Source: an uncultured virus (IMG/VR IMGVR_UViG_3300023105_000006)
Taxonomy: Duplodnaviria; Heunggongvirae; Uroviricota; Caudoviricetes
Virus record (IMG/VR): IMGVR_UViG_3300023105_000006
Direction: 5' to 3' (one strand)
Length of the DNA: 59,773 nt
The stretch's first letter is position 1, and every line of letters begins with the position of its first letter. This document shows, in pieces, positions 37,454-46,431 of the stretch. Both the position numbers and the translations under genes were made by a program. The notes under the pieces are model-generated. The model saw only the letters and a list, made by a program, of their open reading frames with translations, had not been told where the DNA came from and searched no databases.

Positions 37454-39099
37454 TATACACCGCCCCTTCTTAGTTCATCAAGTGTCAAGGAATCTCTTTC
37501 AAATGGGTTAAAAATATTTTTCTTATTAAATTTTGATTGAATGTAATTAGGTACATTGAGATATGGAAATGCTTCTTTGTTTATTTCATGATAACCAAAA
37601 ACCTGTGTGCCCGGATAGTAATAATAAATGTTTCTAAGTATCTTTTCTAGAGTCGCATATTGGGCTTGATTAATACCCTTATCTCTTACGGCATGTTTAT
37701 TAAAATCATAGTCTTCATAATATGGCGTAGTAGTACCTCCATCAATCATTATAATAATAGATCTCTTGTCATGATTTTTAGTACCACCAACATTAATAGA
37801 TTCAATATTTACGGGTCTCACTCTTTCTATTATACCTGTTTTTAAAATATAATAGTGCCATGGAAACCCATTACTTTTAATATAGTCTCGGGCTTCATGA
37901 TAATGAATGCTGTACATATCATTTGCTACATCAGATGGTGTACCAGTACAATCAATTATTACTTCAGTGAAAGCTCTCTTGATAGTAGATATTTCTGTAA
38001 TTAATTCTTCTTCTGAAGATACTATATAGTCTAAGTAATAATCATATCCATTATTTACTGGATATCCATTTCTCCAGTCAACTTCTATTTTAGAAAGATC
38101 TCTTGATACTGGAGTTACCGAAACAGCAGCCTCTGATTTTTTATGTTGAAATGTTGACATTCTATTATCAATTTTTCTGACCCCTGTTACTAAATCATCT
38201 AGAGGTCTATCACTATATTTTTGTAAAATATTGACCGCTGCCAAAATATTTCCGTTTTGTATATTTGTAAAAATTGCTGCTTTATCTTTATCTTTTATTT
38301 TTATAGGAATACCATTCTTAGTTGCAAATTCATTAAGAATATTTGTGGCGGGGGCAAAGGATTTTTCAATAGCATTTTCAACCATTGAATTAAATCCAAT
38401 GTTAAAAATAGATAGAGCTTCATTTTTAAATTTTATTACATCACTAGATACACTATTTAGAAGCCCGGCAAGACCTGGTTTTACTCCACTAGTGCCAGCG
38501 ACAGTTGCAATTACATTGTTAAGGTTTTTTTCAAGAATTTCATTAATCTCATCTAGGTCTTCTAAAAATTCATCAAAGTTACTACCAGCAGCCTTTAGAT
38601 CTACAATGGGCTTTGATACATCAACAACGGCTTCTTTAATAATAGAATTTATTTCATTTGCCTTAATGTCAGGTACAATAGATTTTAGCGATGATGATAT
38701 TGCTTCTATTGACCCCAACGATATAACTTCATTTAAATTTGTTTCAACTGCAAGGGTAGCATTAGTAAGATTTTTACTTGTTTCTTTAAGCACTGTAGAT
38801 GCAACAGGTTCTAGTGTTGCCTTCAGGCCTTTCATATTTGAAGTAAGCTTTGTGATTGGTAGTTGGCCTATAGATTGAGTCGGTATACTACCCTCTACGT
38901 TTTTAATCATATCACTAGAGGCATTTAAAGATATTATACCACCTATTTCCTCATTTACTTTAAGACCTGCCTTAGATGTATTTTCAAGTATTTGTTGGGC
39001 CTGGGCATCATTTAATTTTTCTTTTACAGAGTGGTCTAATTTTTTAGCAGTTGATGTTACGGTAGCCGCAATAAAGTTAAGATCATTTGACAGTGACAT
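37453..39099 (-). CDS. Baseplate hub-associated protein with a degenerate Amidase_2/PGRP-like C-terminal domain
   Basis: EVIIDCTGT...WHYYI...G.IERVRP...SIII..DGG...QYATL..IL...QVFGYHEI...P.LNV aligns by eye with the T7-lysozyme-type fold, but the Zn ligands are substituted. Confidence 0.7.
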   Translation of the reverse strand: MSLSNDLNFIAATVTSTAKKLDHSVKEKLNDAQAQQILENTSKAGLKVNEEIGGIISLNASSDMIKNVEGSIPTQSIGQLPITKLTSNMKGLKATLEPVASTVLKETSKNLTNATLAVETNLNEVISLGSIEAISSSLKSIVPDIKANEINSIIKEAVVDVSKPIVDLKAAGSNFDEFLEDLDEINEILEKNLNNVIATVAGTSGVKPGLAGLLNSVSSDVIKFKNEALSIFNIGFNSMVENAIEKSFAPATNILNEFATKNGIPIKIKDKDKAAIFTNIQNGNILAAVNILQKYSDRPLDDLVTGVRKIDNRMSTFQHKKSEAAVSVTPVSRDLSKIEVDWRNGYPVNNGYDYYLDYIVSSEEELITEISTIKRAFTEVIIDCTGTPSDVANDMYSIHYHEARDYIKSNGFPWHYYILKTGIIERVRPVNIESINVGGTKNHDKRSIIIMIDGGTTTPYYEDYDFNKHAVRDKGINQAQYATLEKILRNIYYYYPGTQVFGYHEINKEAFPYLNVPNYIQSKFNKKNIFNPFERDSLTLDELRRGGV

Positions 39100-39101
39100 A
39101 A

Positions 39102-40073
39102 TTATACTCCATTAATAGATGCTTCATACCAAGATAGGGCATCTGTTGCATATTTAGACCGTGTAATATACTCACTATCCTTATTAGCAGGGTTTTCATA
39201 TCTATCAAGAAAAACCCACGTTGCGTTATTATCACCTTTAGGACCGTTTATTCTATTACTGTTTATGAGCCTACGATGCACATAAGAATATTCTGACGCA
39301 TCAGTATCTTTACCACCTAATGAACCGTTTAAAGTATTAACCAAATAACCCAACTGCCCAAAGAAATCACTTTCGGGTAAATTTCTAAGGTTGGCATAAT
39401 TTTTTAATTTATTCCATCTAAATCCTGCATTAGCACTATTATTCCATTGTGCCAAGCCATAAGAATTACCGTTGTCACCCAAAGCAGTAGGATCAAAATA
39501 CACATTGTCCTTTGCATTAAAACTTTCTTTTGTGAGGTTGCCTACTATACCGGCAGCTTGTAATGGTGTATATCCATTTTGGGTAAGATAACTCATAATA
39601 ATTACAGATTTTTTTACCATGGCTGATGAACCGTAACCACCAGCAGCCCTTTCAACTGTATTGTAATTCTTTATAAGATTATTGGGTTGTATAAACCCAT
39701 CATGCTTAATAGTACTACTTGCGTCTACACTGCTGCTTGTGGAACCTCTATTGACAGTGGTTCTCAATCTTTGTTGGGTTGCTGATTCTCTTTCTGTGGT
39801 AAACATTGATCCTAATACAATAGGAGACTGTGAATTTTCACCATCTAAGAAAAACCCATAAACCCTAGCCGGTGGATGTATCTGAGGTATTTTACCAATA
39901 CCTGATGTCCCGGCTTCTGTGGTGGGTATTAAAATGTCTGCCCAAGGTAAATTGGCATTATCAATATCGGGTCCATGAATACCAAATATTCTTACCTTAA
40001 TCTTCCCAGGAAAATCTTTATTGATTTCAATTGCGGTACCTATAAACCAACGGGTCTTATCTCCATAATACAT
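39102..40073 (-). CDS. gp5: gp5 N-terminal OB-fold plus phage tail lysozyme (Phage_lysozyme2-like) domain
   Basis: WFIG...GKIKVRIFGIH...LPWA...VYGFFLDGE..Q.PIVLGS. Then GYT..QAAGIVGNL.KES...GDNG.SYGLAQW...RW..L...F...YE.P. Confidence 0.85.
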   Translation of the reverse strand: MYYGDKTRWFIGTAIEINKDFPGKIKVRIFGIHGPDIDNANLPWADILIPTTEAGTSGIGKIPQIHPPARVYGFFLDGENSQSPIVLGSMFTTERESATQQRLRTTVNRGSTSSSVDASSTIKHDGFIQPNNLIKNYNTVERAAGGYGSSAMVKKSVIIMSYLTQNGYTPLQAAGIVGNLTKESFNAKDNVYFDPTALGDNGNSYGLAQWNNSANAGFRWNKLKNYANLRNLPESDFFGQLGYLVNTLNGSLGGKDTDASEYSYVHRRLINSNRINGPKGDNNATWVFLDRYENPANKDSEYITRSKYATDALSWYEASINGV

Positions 40074-41527
40074 TATACTCTCCCGACCAAAGATTGATTC
40101 TCAACTACACGAACACCTACTTTAGATACTCTGTTGGCTAGTCTTGATACCTGAACACTTACTCTTGTTTTTTTATTATGGGGTGTGAATAGATGTCTTT
40201 TAGTAATTATTAAATGAGGTCCAGATCTTTTATCATCTGTTAAAGAATAATTATGTTGATTAGTACTTAAACCAGTATCTTGATTTACAGCAATGTTAAC
40301 TTGGCCGCCTACACTTCTTGACGTATCAGTGGCCAGCCATATCATACCAGCCATTTCAATATCATAAACATTTTTTGTGAGATAATGCATAGTAGCATCT
40401 CTTACTACATCATTAAGAAATGAACGAGACTCATTTATACCTTTTTCTTTATTAGGCGCAAAGTTACTTGACTTGAGAGTAGTATACACCTGAGAATTAT
40501 AATCACCTAAAGTCGGTGCTGATACATTTGTTTCATTCTGGTTTGAAGGATCAGGATCAAATACATCATCATCTACCAAAAAGCCCAATGCATTTTTATC
40601 AAATATATTTTCCAACCAAGGCACAATAAAATTTCTAAGATTCATACTTTGATTATAATACGTACCATCATTAGTATCAACGTTTTCATATCTAAACCCT
40701 AGACCGCCATTTTGAGCAAGTTTAAGTGTATCTTCTGCTGTAGAGTATGTTATTGAATATTTACTTATATTATACATCTGCTCTATAAAGTTACCAGAAG
40801 TATAGGACATGGTCGGATTAAACGTAGCTGCTCTATCTTTATTAAATGGTTCCTTTTCAAGTAGTGTTTCTAGATCGGTAAAAATAAGTTTATCACTGTG
40901 TATACTTGAATAGAGTAGATATGGCATTCCATGAGAAGTTGTAATTTTACCAAGAATAGCCTTTACTGCATCAAGAGGTTTAAGGAATGGTACATTATAC
41001 CTCATATCACCCTGTACTGACTTTCTAAATGGATTACCGTCATTAAATTCAAAATCAATTTCTTTTTTAAGATTGTCTTTTAATATAGTTTGTATAATAT
41101 CCTCGCCACTACCAAAATAAGATTTACTGATCTTCTGAACATAATTAAAATATCCATGGTCTTCTATAAGAGAAATATGATATACGGATGTACCTTCATT
41201 GTGTTTATTAAATTTGTTTATTCCATTAATGACAAAGTTTTTGGTAGTCGTAAACACATTTGATTCGGATTCAGTAAGAGGTGTAGAAATATTAAATTGA
41301 ATTCTTTCAGTGCCAATGATGCCAGGCATTTCAAAAAGATTAAGATCGTCCACATATATCATCTCAGCCGTAAGATATGCCTTACCTAGATGTTCATATA
41401 TACTAAATTCACTTATACCCTCTTTAATGTCAATTTTATTATCAACATTAGGATTATCAACCGACATGCGATTTGTATAAAAGTATACTGAACCTAAATC
41501 AAAAGATTCTGGCGTCAAATAGGCCAT
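40073..41527 (-). CDS. Putative baseplate hub protein (gp27 position)
   Basis: Lies between gp53 and gp5. SIYEHL...YLTA.....D...G.ER N-terminus and SG.HLI...RH.F C-terminus are typical of hub proteins. Confidence 0.6.
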   Translation of the reverse strand: MAYLTPESFDLGSVYFYTNRMSVDNPNVDNKIDIKEGISEFSIYEHLGKAYLTAEMIYVDDLNLFEMPGIIGTERIQFNISTPLTESESNVFTTTKNFVINGINKFNKHNEGTSVYHISLIEDHGYFNYVQKISKSYFGSGEDIIQTILKDNLKKEIDFEFNDGNPFRKSVQGDMRYNVPFLKPLDAVKAILGKITTSHGMPYLLYSSIHSDKLIFTDLETLLEKEPFNKDRAATFNPTMSYTSGNFIEQMYNISKYSITYSTAEDTLKLAQNGGLGFRYENVDTNDGTYYNQSMNLRNFIVPWLENIFDKNALGFLVDDDVFDPDPSNQNETNVSAPTLGDYNSQVYTTLKSSNFAPNKEKGINESRSFLNDVVRDATMHYLTKNVYDIEMAGMIWLATDTSRSVGGQVNIAVNQDTGLSTNQHNYSLTDDKRSGPHLIITKRHLFTPHNKKTRVSVQVSRLANRVSKVGVRVVENQSLVGRV

Positions 41528-41528
41528 G

Positions 41529-42572
41529 TTAAACCCTTAAAAGTTTATTAAATTGTAAATGCAGCTGTCGTGCAATTCGTGGAAGAAAAACATTTATTTG
41601 TCTTAATTCATCATTTTCTTTACGTAGTTGTTGGCGGTATGTTACTCCACCAGCACCTGTTGTATCTCCAACAAATTGGGATATATTAACTCCACCAGTA
41701 TTTAGTACATCCAGATCAATCCATTCACCATCTGCATTTTCATAATGATGAATACCAAGAGTTTGATCCTTTACTCCTACAACTCTAAAGTTGGGAATAG
41801 AACTTGGTACCTGGTTCCAATTGTCAATATTGTCTTCACCTGGATCTGAATATAATCTGTCACCTGCGTTAATTGTAGTAGATGAAATAAGAGCATCAGC
41901 AGTTGCTGTATTAGCACCAACCTGAGGAGATGATAAAGTAATTGTAGGTATAGATGTATAATCAGTGCCTCTGTTAGTAATGGTAACAGCTGTTACTGAT
42001 CCATTGGCAATTGTTGCGATTGCTGTTGCGCCTTCACCATTACCACCTGTTATGGTTACTGTGGGAGGGGATGTATATCCAGAACCTGGATTAGTAATAT
42101 TAATGTCTCTGATCTCAGTTGCTGGCTCTACAATTAATTGTCCAAGCATGAGATTTTTCTCTATGATCTTACCTTTAAAGCTTGGATATTCTACGGTGTT
42201 GTAATCACTAGATGCAACCCAATCACCTTTATACATTCCTACTGCTATGTTGTTATCAGTCTGAATTGCTTTGTGTGGGTAGAATTCGTTTGCCTTTTCA
42301 ATCAATTCAGATTCATCTAGCGGCCAGCCACTTACTCTTAACTTATCATTTAAAAGATAAAATAGATAATAATATTCAGTTGTGCCATAAAGTTTGTAAG
42401 AAAGTATGTCCGGTCTTTCGCCGTCCTGAATAAAGTATTCTGAGTAATAACTTAAATCATCTTTAAATTCATCAACAAGATCTATATAGGTGGTGATATT
42501 ATCAAATAAAACATTTGATGTCTCTTCACCAAAATTATAGGTTGTAATTGGAAAATTAGCAAACATTGGCAT
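41529..42572 (-). CDS. gp53: Baseplate wedge subunit gp53 with an inserted (I)TNPGSGYTS.PTVT repeat
   Basis: F.NFP..Y...Y.IQDGERPD.LSYKLYG...YY.LF.LLN...WP; HHYE; EN..LRQI. Confidence 0.9.
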   Translation of the reverse strand: MPMFANFPITTYNFGEETSNVLFDNITTYIDLVDEFKDDLSYYSEYFIQDGERPDILSYKLYGTTEYYYLFYLLNDKLRVSGWPLDESELIEKANEFYPHKAIQTDNNIAVGMYKGDWVASSDYNTVEYPSFKGKIIEKNLMLGQLIVEPATEIRDINITNPGSGYTSPPTVTITGGNGEGATAIATIANGSVTAVTITNRGTDYTSIPTITLSSPQVGANTATADALISSTTINAGDRLYSDPGEDNIDNWNQVPSSIPNFRVVGVKDQTLGIHHYENADGEWIDLDVLNTGGVNISQFVGDTTGAGGVTYRQQLRKENDELRQINVFLPRIARQLHLQFNKLLRV

Positions 42573-42585
42573 AGTTTAAAACTTT

Positions 42586-43671
42586 CTAAAAGGTAGATTC
42601 TAATGGAGCGGGCTTTTTAATATCAGTAGCATTCATGGCACGTTCTTCAACAAAGGTTAAAGAGATATCTACTTCCTGAGGAGATCCATCTGTATGAAAT
42701 GCCATAGTGTTTGGGTTATAAACAGCTTCAAATGATTCTAAGAAACATGGCAGAATTTCTGTTCCTATCTTAGTCCAGGTTTCTCCATATACATCTTCAC
42801 CAAGATAATACATTTCAATTTCCCACTTGCATGGGTATTCTAAACCAGCAGACATACCCTCAAAGTTTAAAATTTCATTTCCAGCTGATGTAGCACCAAT
42901 GCCTTCATCTTCACCATCAAATATTTTAGAATCATCAGTTAGAGATGGATACATATTTTTTCGAAAGAAATAAATTATGTCCTTTATCCTTTGAGACTCT
43001 TCAGCGGTGCGGGGTATCAACTTAAATGTAAATCTAAATGATCTTAGAGCAATGCCATTTAAAATATTTCTTTTATTTGGATTTACGGCAATGCCTGTTG
43101 CTGATGCAACCGCACCTGAAACCTCTGGCATACTAGCTTTTTGGGCTGCTCTTTGTACAGCAAGTGAAGTGGCTGTATTACCAAGATTGCCATTAAACAA
43201 AGCTCCAAGTGTCTGCCCAACCATTTTAGACCCGGCATCCATCATAGTGCCTACACCAACGTAAGCACCCATAGCAGCTGCTCTGGCTCCCATAAAGGCT
43301 GCTCCACCAAGCATACCTAATTCAGGCTGAGTATAATCAATTTTATCTGCAATTTGTATAGATTGTGGTAAAAATAATTCAACGGAGCCTTTAATTGTTT
43401 TGTTGTTTCTTAACTTTTGGGAGTAACTTATACCTTTATGTTTTTGCACATCAATAGATTGTTGTGCTTTCTTAGCTAGATCTTTATTTGGGATAAAGCT
43501 TTCATTTGGAATATTCGCTTGCACCTGGCTGCCAAATACTGAAACACCAGCATCCCACAATCCTGCATAGCTTTCTTGGGTAGCTCTAAACTGAACTTTG
43601 GCCTTATAGTCACTATTATTTTCTATTGGAAAGTTATATGACAAATTGCCTTCTGTGATTTTGATACGCAA
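42586..43671 (-). CDS. gp48: Baseplate tail-tube cap gp48 (TTG start)
   Basis: LFLPQSI...D...Y; NPN...L.G..LRSF.F.FKL.P...EE...I..II..F...MYP; C.L.....Y.P...DGSP...ISL.F.E. AGGA RBS 9 nt before the TTG. Confidence 0.85.
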   Translation of the reverse strand: MRIKITEGNLSYNFPIENNSDYKAKVQFRATQESYAGLWDAGVSVFGSQVQANIPNESFIPNKDLAKKAQQSIDVQKHKGISYSQKLRNNKTIKGSVELFLPQSIQIADKIDYTQPELGMLGGAAFMGARAAAMGAYVGVGTMMDAGSKMVGQTLGALFNGNLGNTATSLAVQRAAQKASMPEVSGAVASATGIAVNPNKRNILNGIALRSFRFTFKLIPRTAEESQRIKDIIYFFRKNMYPSLTDDSKIFDGEDEGIGATSAGNEILNFEGMSAGLEYPCKWEIEMYYLGEDVYGETWTKIGTEILPCFLESFEAVYNPNTMAFHTDGSPQEVDISLTFVEERAMNATDIKKPAPLESTF

Positions 43672-43684
43672 CGGTTTTTATCCT

Positions 43685-43716
43685 AATAAATATTAAAAAA
43701 CTTTAAAGTATTTATA
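43685..43716. promoter_or_regulatory. Face-to-face late promoters driving the divergent operons (AATAAATA on +, TATAAATA on -)
   Basis: AATAAATA at 43685-43692 (+, towards gp4) and exact TATAAATA at 43709-43716 (-, towards gp48), in the 53-bp strand-switch gap. Confidence 0.7.
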
Positions 43717-43724
43717 AGGTAATT

Positions 43725-44216
43725 ATGGCATATTCTGGAAGATATAAGGTAAAGAACAGAACCAAGTATAAAGGTGATCCAGATAATGTAATATTTAGAT
43801 CTTTATGGGAGAGAAATGCTTTTAAGTGGTGTGATGAAAATTCGTCAATACGTTCTTGGTCATCAGAAGAGGTTGTTATACCCTACTTCTATGAAGTCGA
43901 CAAAAAGTATCATCGTTACTTCATGGATCTCAAAATTACCTACAGTGATGGCAAGACTTTTTTAGTTGAGATCAAACCAGAGAAAGAAACATCCCCACCA
44001 GAGTTCAAGGGTCGCAAGACAAAAAAGTATATCTCTGAAGGAATGACATACATAAAGAATATGAATAAATGGGCTGCAGCTCAAAACTATGCAGCTGATA
44101 GAGGTTGGGGATTTCAGGTTTGGACAGAGAAAGAATTATCTTCAATGGGTATTCTGCCCAAACCAAAAAGAACTCTTAAACCTTTAAAACCCCTAAAAGT
44201 GAAAAAACGTAGATAA
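43725..44216 (+). CDS. gp4: Head completion protein gp4 (TnsA-like nuclease fold)
   Basis: MAYSG.YK..N..KYKGD...V..RSLWER..FKWCD...WSSEEV.IPY...HRYF.D...EIKP...N..KW.AA. Confidence 0.95.
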   Translation: MAYSGRYKVKNRTKYKGDPDNVIFRSLWERNAFKWCDENSSIRSWSSEEVVIPYFYEVDKKYHRYFMDLKITYSDGKTFLVEIKPEKETSPPEFKGRKTKKYISEGMTYIKNMNKWAAAQNYAADRGWGFQVWTEKELSSMGILPKPKRTLKPLKPLKVKKRR

Positions 44217-44224
44217 ATAATGGT

Positions 44225-44809
44225 ATGTCAAATTTATTTTACAAATTAGAAATGGAAGCTTTCCGCAACGGGATTACACCACGAACTCAGGAGTCTCGTG
44301 AATGGTTTCGTCGTAAGGCTTCGGCTATGAGAAGTGTAAATAGAAACGCTCTTATGAAAGAAGAACCAATACAATTGTCGAATAGACAAATCGTTGGTTC
44401 AATGTATATGTTTTTCTATGACCCAAAATTAAAATCAACTCTGCCCTACTATGATAGCTTTCCTTTAGTGATTGTTATTGGTCCCGCAGAAAAGGGATTC
44501 TTGGGTCTCAATCTTCATTATCTACCACCAATACTAAGAGCCAAGTTCTTGGATAGTCTGTTAGATATTACGAATAACAAAAGATATGATGAGACAACTA
44601 AATTTAATGTTTCATATAATCTACTAAAGAGAGCCGGTAAATATAAACACTTTAAACCATGTGTAAAGCATTATTTAAATGAACATGTCAGAAGTAGATT
44701 TGCCAGAGTAGAAGCTCCTGAGTGGGAGATTGCTACATTTCTTCCTACCGCTGATTTCCAAAAGGCTGGTAAGAACAAAGTATATTCTGATTCAAGAAGG
44801 AAAATCTAA
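44225..44809 (+). CDS. gp2: DNA end protector protein gp2
   Basis: G.MY.F.YDPK.K..LPYYD.FPL...GF.GLNLHYLP...R..FL...KPCVKHYL..HV.S. Confidence 0.95.
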   Translation: MSNLFYKLEMEAFRNGITPRTQESREWFRRKASAMRSVNRNALMKEEPIQLSNRQIVGSMYMFFYDPKLKSTLPYYDSFPLVIVIGPAEKGFLGLNLHYLPPILRAKFLDSLLDITNNKRYDETTKFNVSYNLLKRAGKYKHFKPCVKHYLNEHVRSRFARVEAPEWEIATFLPTADFQKAGKNKVYSDSRRKI

Positions 44810-45519
44810 TGGCTGGTACAGTTGATCAGTTTAAAAGTTTAGTAAGTGCTAAAGGTGGCCTTGCCCGTAATAACCTATGGCGCGTAAAGCTTCCAAGCCT
44901 TCCTGGGGCTAGATCTGAGGAAATGAATATACTTTGTAGGGATGTTCAATTACCTGGTAGGCAGATTACTACCAATACTTTTAATTATGGTTTAATACAA
45001 GAGCGTGTTGCCAATGGATTTTTAATTCAAGATGTGTCTATGACATTCCATGTTCTTAATGATTATGGTGTAAGGGAATATTTTGAAACATGGCAAAACC
45101 TTGCAACAAACACAAATACATATGAAGTAGGTTACAAAAAAGACTATTCTAGAGATGTTGAAATAGAACAGTTTAAAAAAGTCAAGAGCCTACCTCAAAG
45201 ATATAGACAGGAATTCTCAAGTGGTATAGGAAATGTTCTTCCTAAAATTTCTGACTTTGAACTTGGCGAAACTATTTTGGGTCTTAATGATCAACTAAAC
45301 GATCTTGTGATCTATAAATGTAAACTTATTGATGCATTCCCAACAACTATGAATGCAATACAATTGAACAATGAGATGGATGGTATAGTTGAATTAAATA
45401 TTCAATTAAGTTTTACTGACTGGAAAGCTCCATTTATCGTATCTCCATCAAATCTTAAAGATGCTTTGACTAGTACAATTAGATCTAACATTATAGGGTT
45501 TGTAAATAATATTTTTTAA
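44809..45519 (+). CDS. Tail-tube-family protein (gp19/gp54-like)
   Basis: FKS....GGLAR.N...V.LP...C..V.LPG; F..W......Y..DY..D..I.Q; L.DAFPT....I.L. Confidence 0.85.
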   Translation: MAGTVDQFKSLVSAKGGLARNNLWRVKLPSLPGARSEEMNILCRDVQLPGRQITTNTFNYGLIQERVANGFLIQDVSMTFHVLNDYGVREYFETWQNLATNTNTYEVGYKKDYSRDVEIEQFKKVKSLPQRYRQEFSSGIGNVLPKISDFELGETILGLNDQLNDLVIYKCKLIDAFPTTMNAIQLNNEMDGIVELNIQLSFTDWKAPFIVSPSNLKDALTSTIRSNIIGFVNNIF

Positions 45520-45535
45520 TTAATGAGGCTTTGAA

Positions 45536-46246
45536 ATGGCTCTACCCAAACTAAACAATTATCCTAAATTTAATACAGTATTACCTTCTCTCCAACAAAA
45601 GATTCATTTTAGACCCTACAATGTAGGTGAAGAAAAAGTATTGCTTATGGCATTTGAATCTGATGATAGTCTAATGGCAGCTCAGGCTATTCTTGATATA
45701 GTAAAACAATGTATCGAAGAAGATATAGACATTAATAATCTATCGACATTTGACGTTGAATATATGTTCTTACAGATTAGATCAAAGTCAGTTGGTGAGA
45801 CAAGTACTATCTTGCTGAGATGTGAATGTGAGCATCCCAACTCAGTTGATATTGATGTATCTACTATTAAGATTGAATCAAAAGAATTTCCAAATCCAAA
45901 AATCAAATTAAATGATGATATTGAATTGGTAATGGGATTTCCAAAATATAAGGATGCAATTCAAAAAGAAAAGATCCTAGAAGGTGAAAGCTATACTGAG
46001 ATTCTTTATAACTTATCTTTGATGTGCCTACAAACACTTCATACAGAAGATGATACATTCTTATTTAAAGATGAACCGGAAGAAGAAATTAAACAATTTA
46101 TGGATAGTCTTTCTACTGATCACTATCAAAAGATTTTGGAATATGTAAACAATCTACCATCATTGAAACATGATGCAGAATTTACTTGTGAAAAATGTAA
46201 AAAAGAGAATAAATATACATTACAGGGATTACAGGATTTTTTTTAA
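45536..46246 (+). CDS. gp26: Baseplate hub assembly protein, gp26-like (candidate tail assembly chaperone)
   Basis: MALPKL..P...LPS...I.FRP..V.EEK.LLMA.ES; FD.EY.FL.IR.KSVGE; CxCxH and CxxC Zn-like motifs. Ends GLQDFF. Confidence 0.9.
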   Translation: MALPKLNNYPKFNTVLPSLQQKIHFRPYNVGEEKVLLMAFESDDSLMAAQAILDIVKQCIEEDIDINNLSTFDVEYMFLQIRSKSVGETSTILLRCECEHPNSVDIDVSTIKIESKEFPNPKIKLNDDIELVMGFPKYKDAIQKEKILEGESYTEILYNLSLMCLQTLHTEDDTFLFKDEPEEEIKQFMDSLSTDHYQKILEYVNNLPSLKHDAEFTCEKCKKENKYTLQGLQDFF

Positions 46247-46431
46247 TAGCTCTCTCACATGACACACTAGTGAATTTTTATCAAGTGAATTTTCAATTAA
46301 TGGAGAACCATAACTATTCACTCAGCGACATAGAATCGATGATGCCATGGGAGAGAGAAATTTATGTAAATCTATTGATCGAGCAAATGAAAAGAATAGC
46401 CGAAGAAAGAAAGGTTGCGCAGGGTATTTAA
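46243..46431 (+). CDS. Small gp51-like ORF in the -1 frame of gp26 (probable frameshift extension; alternative GTG start at 46270)
   Basis: Not in the ORF track. Reads LIALSHDTLVNFYQVNFQLMENHNYSLSDIESMMPWEREIYVNLLIEQMKRIAEERKVAQGI*. Its TAA abuts the ATG at 46432. Confidence 0.8.
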   Translation, partial: LIALSHDTLVNFYQVNFQLMENHNYSLSDIESMMPWEREIYVNLLIEQMKRIAEERKVAQGI

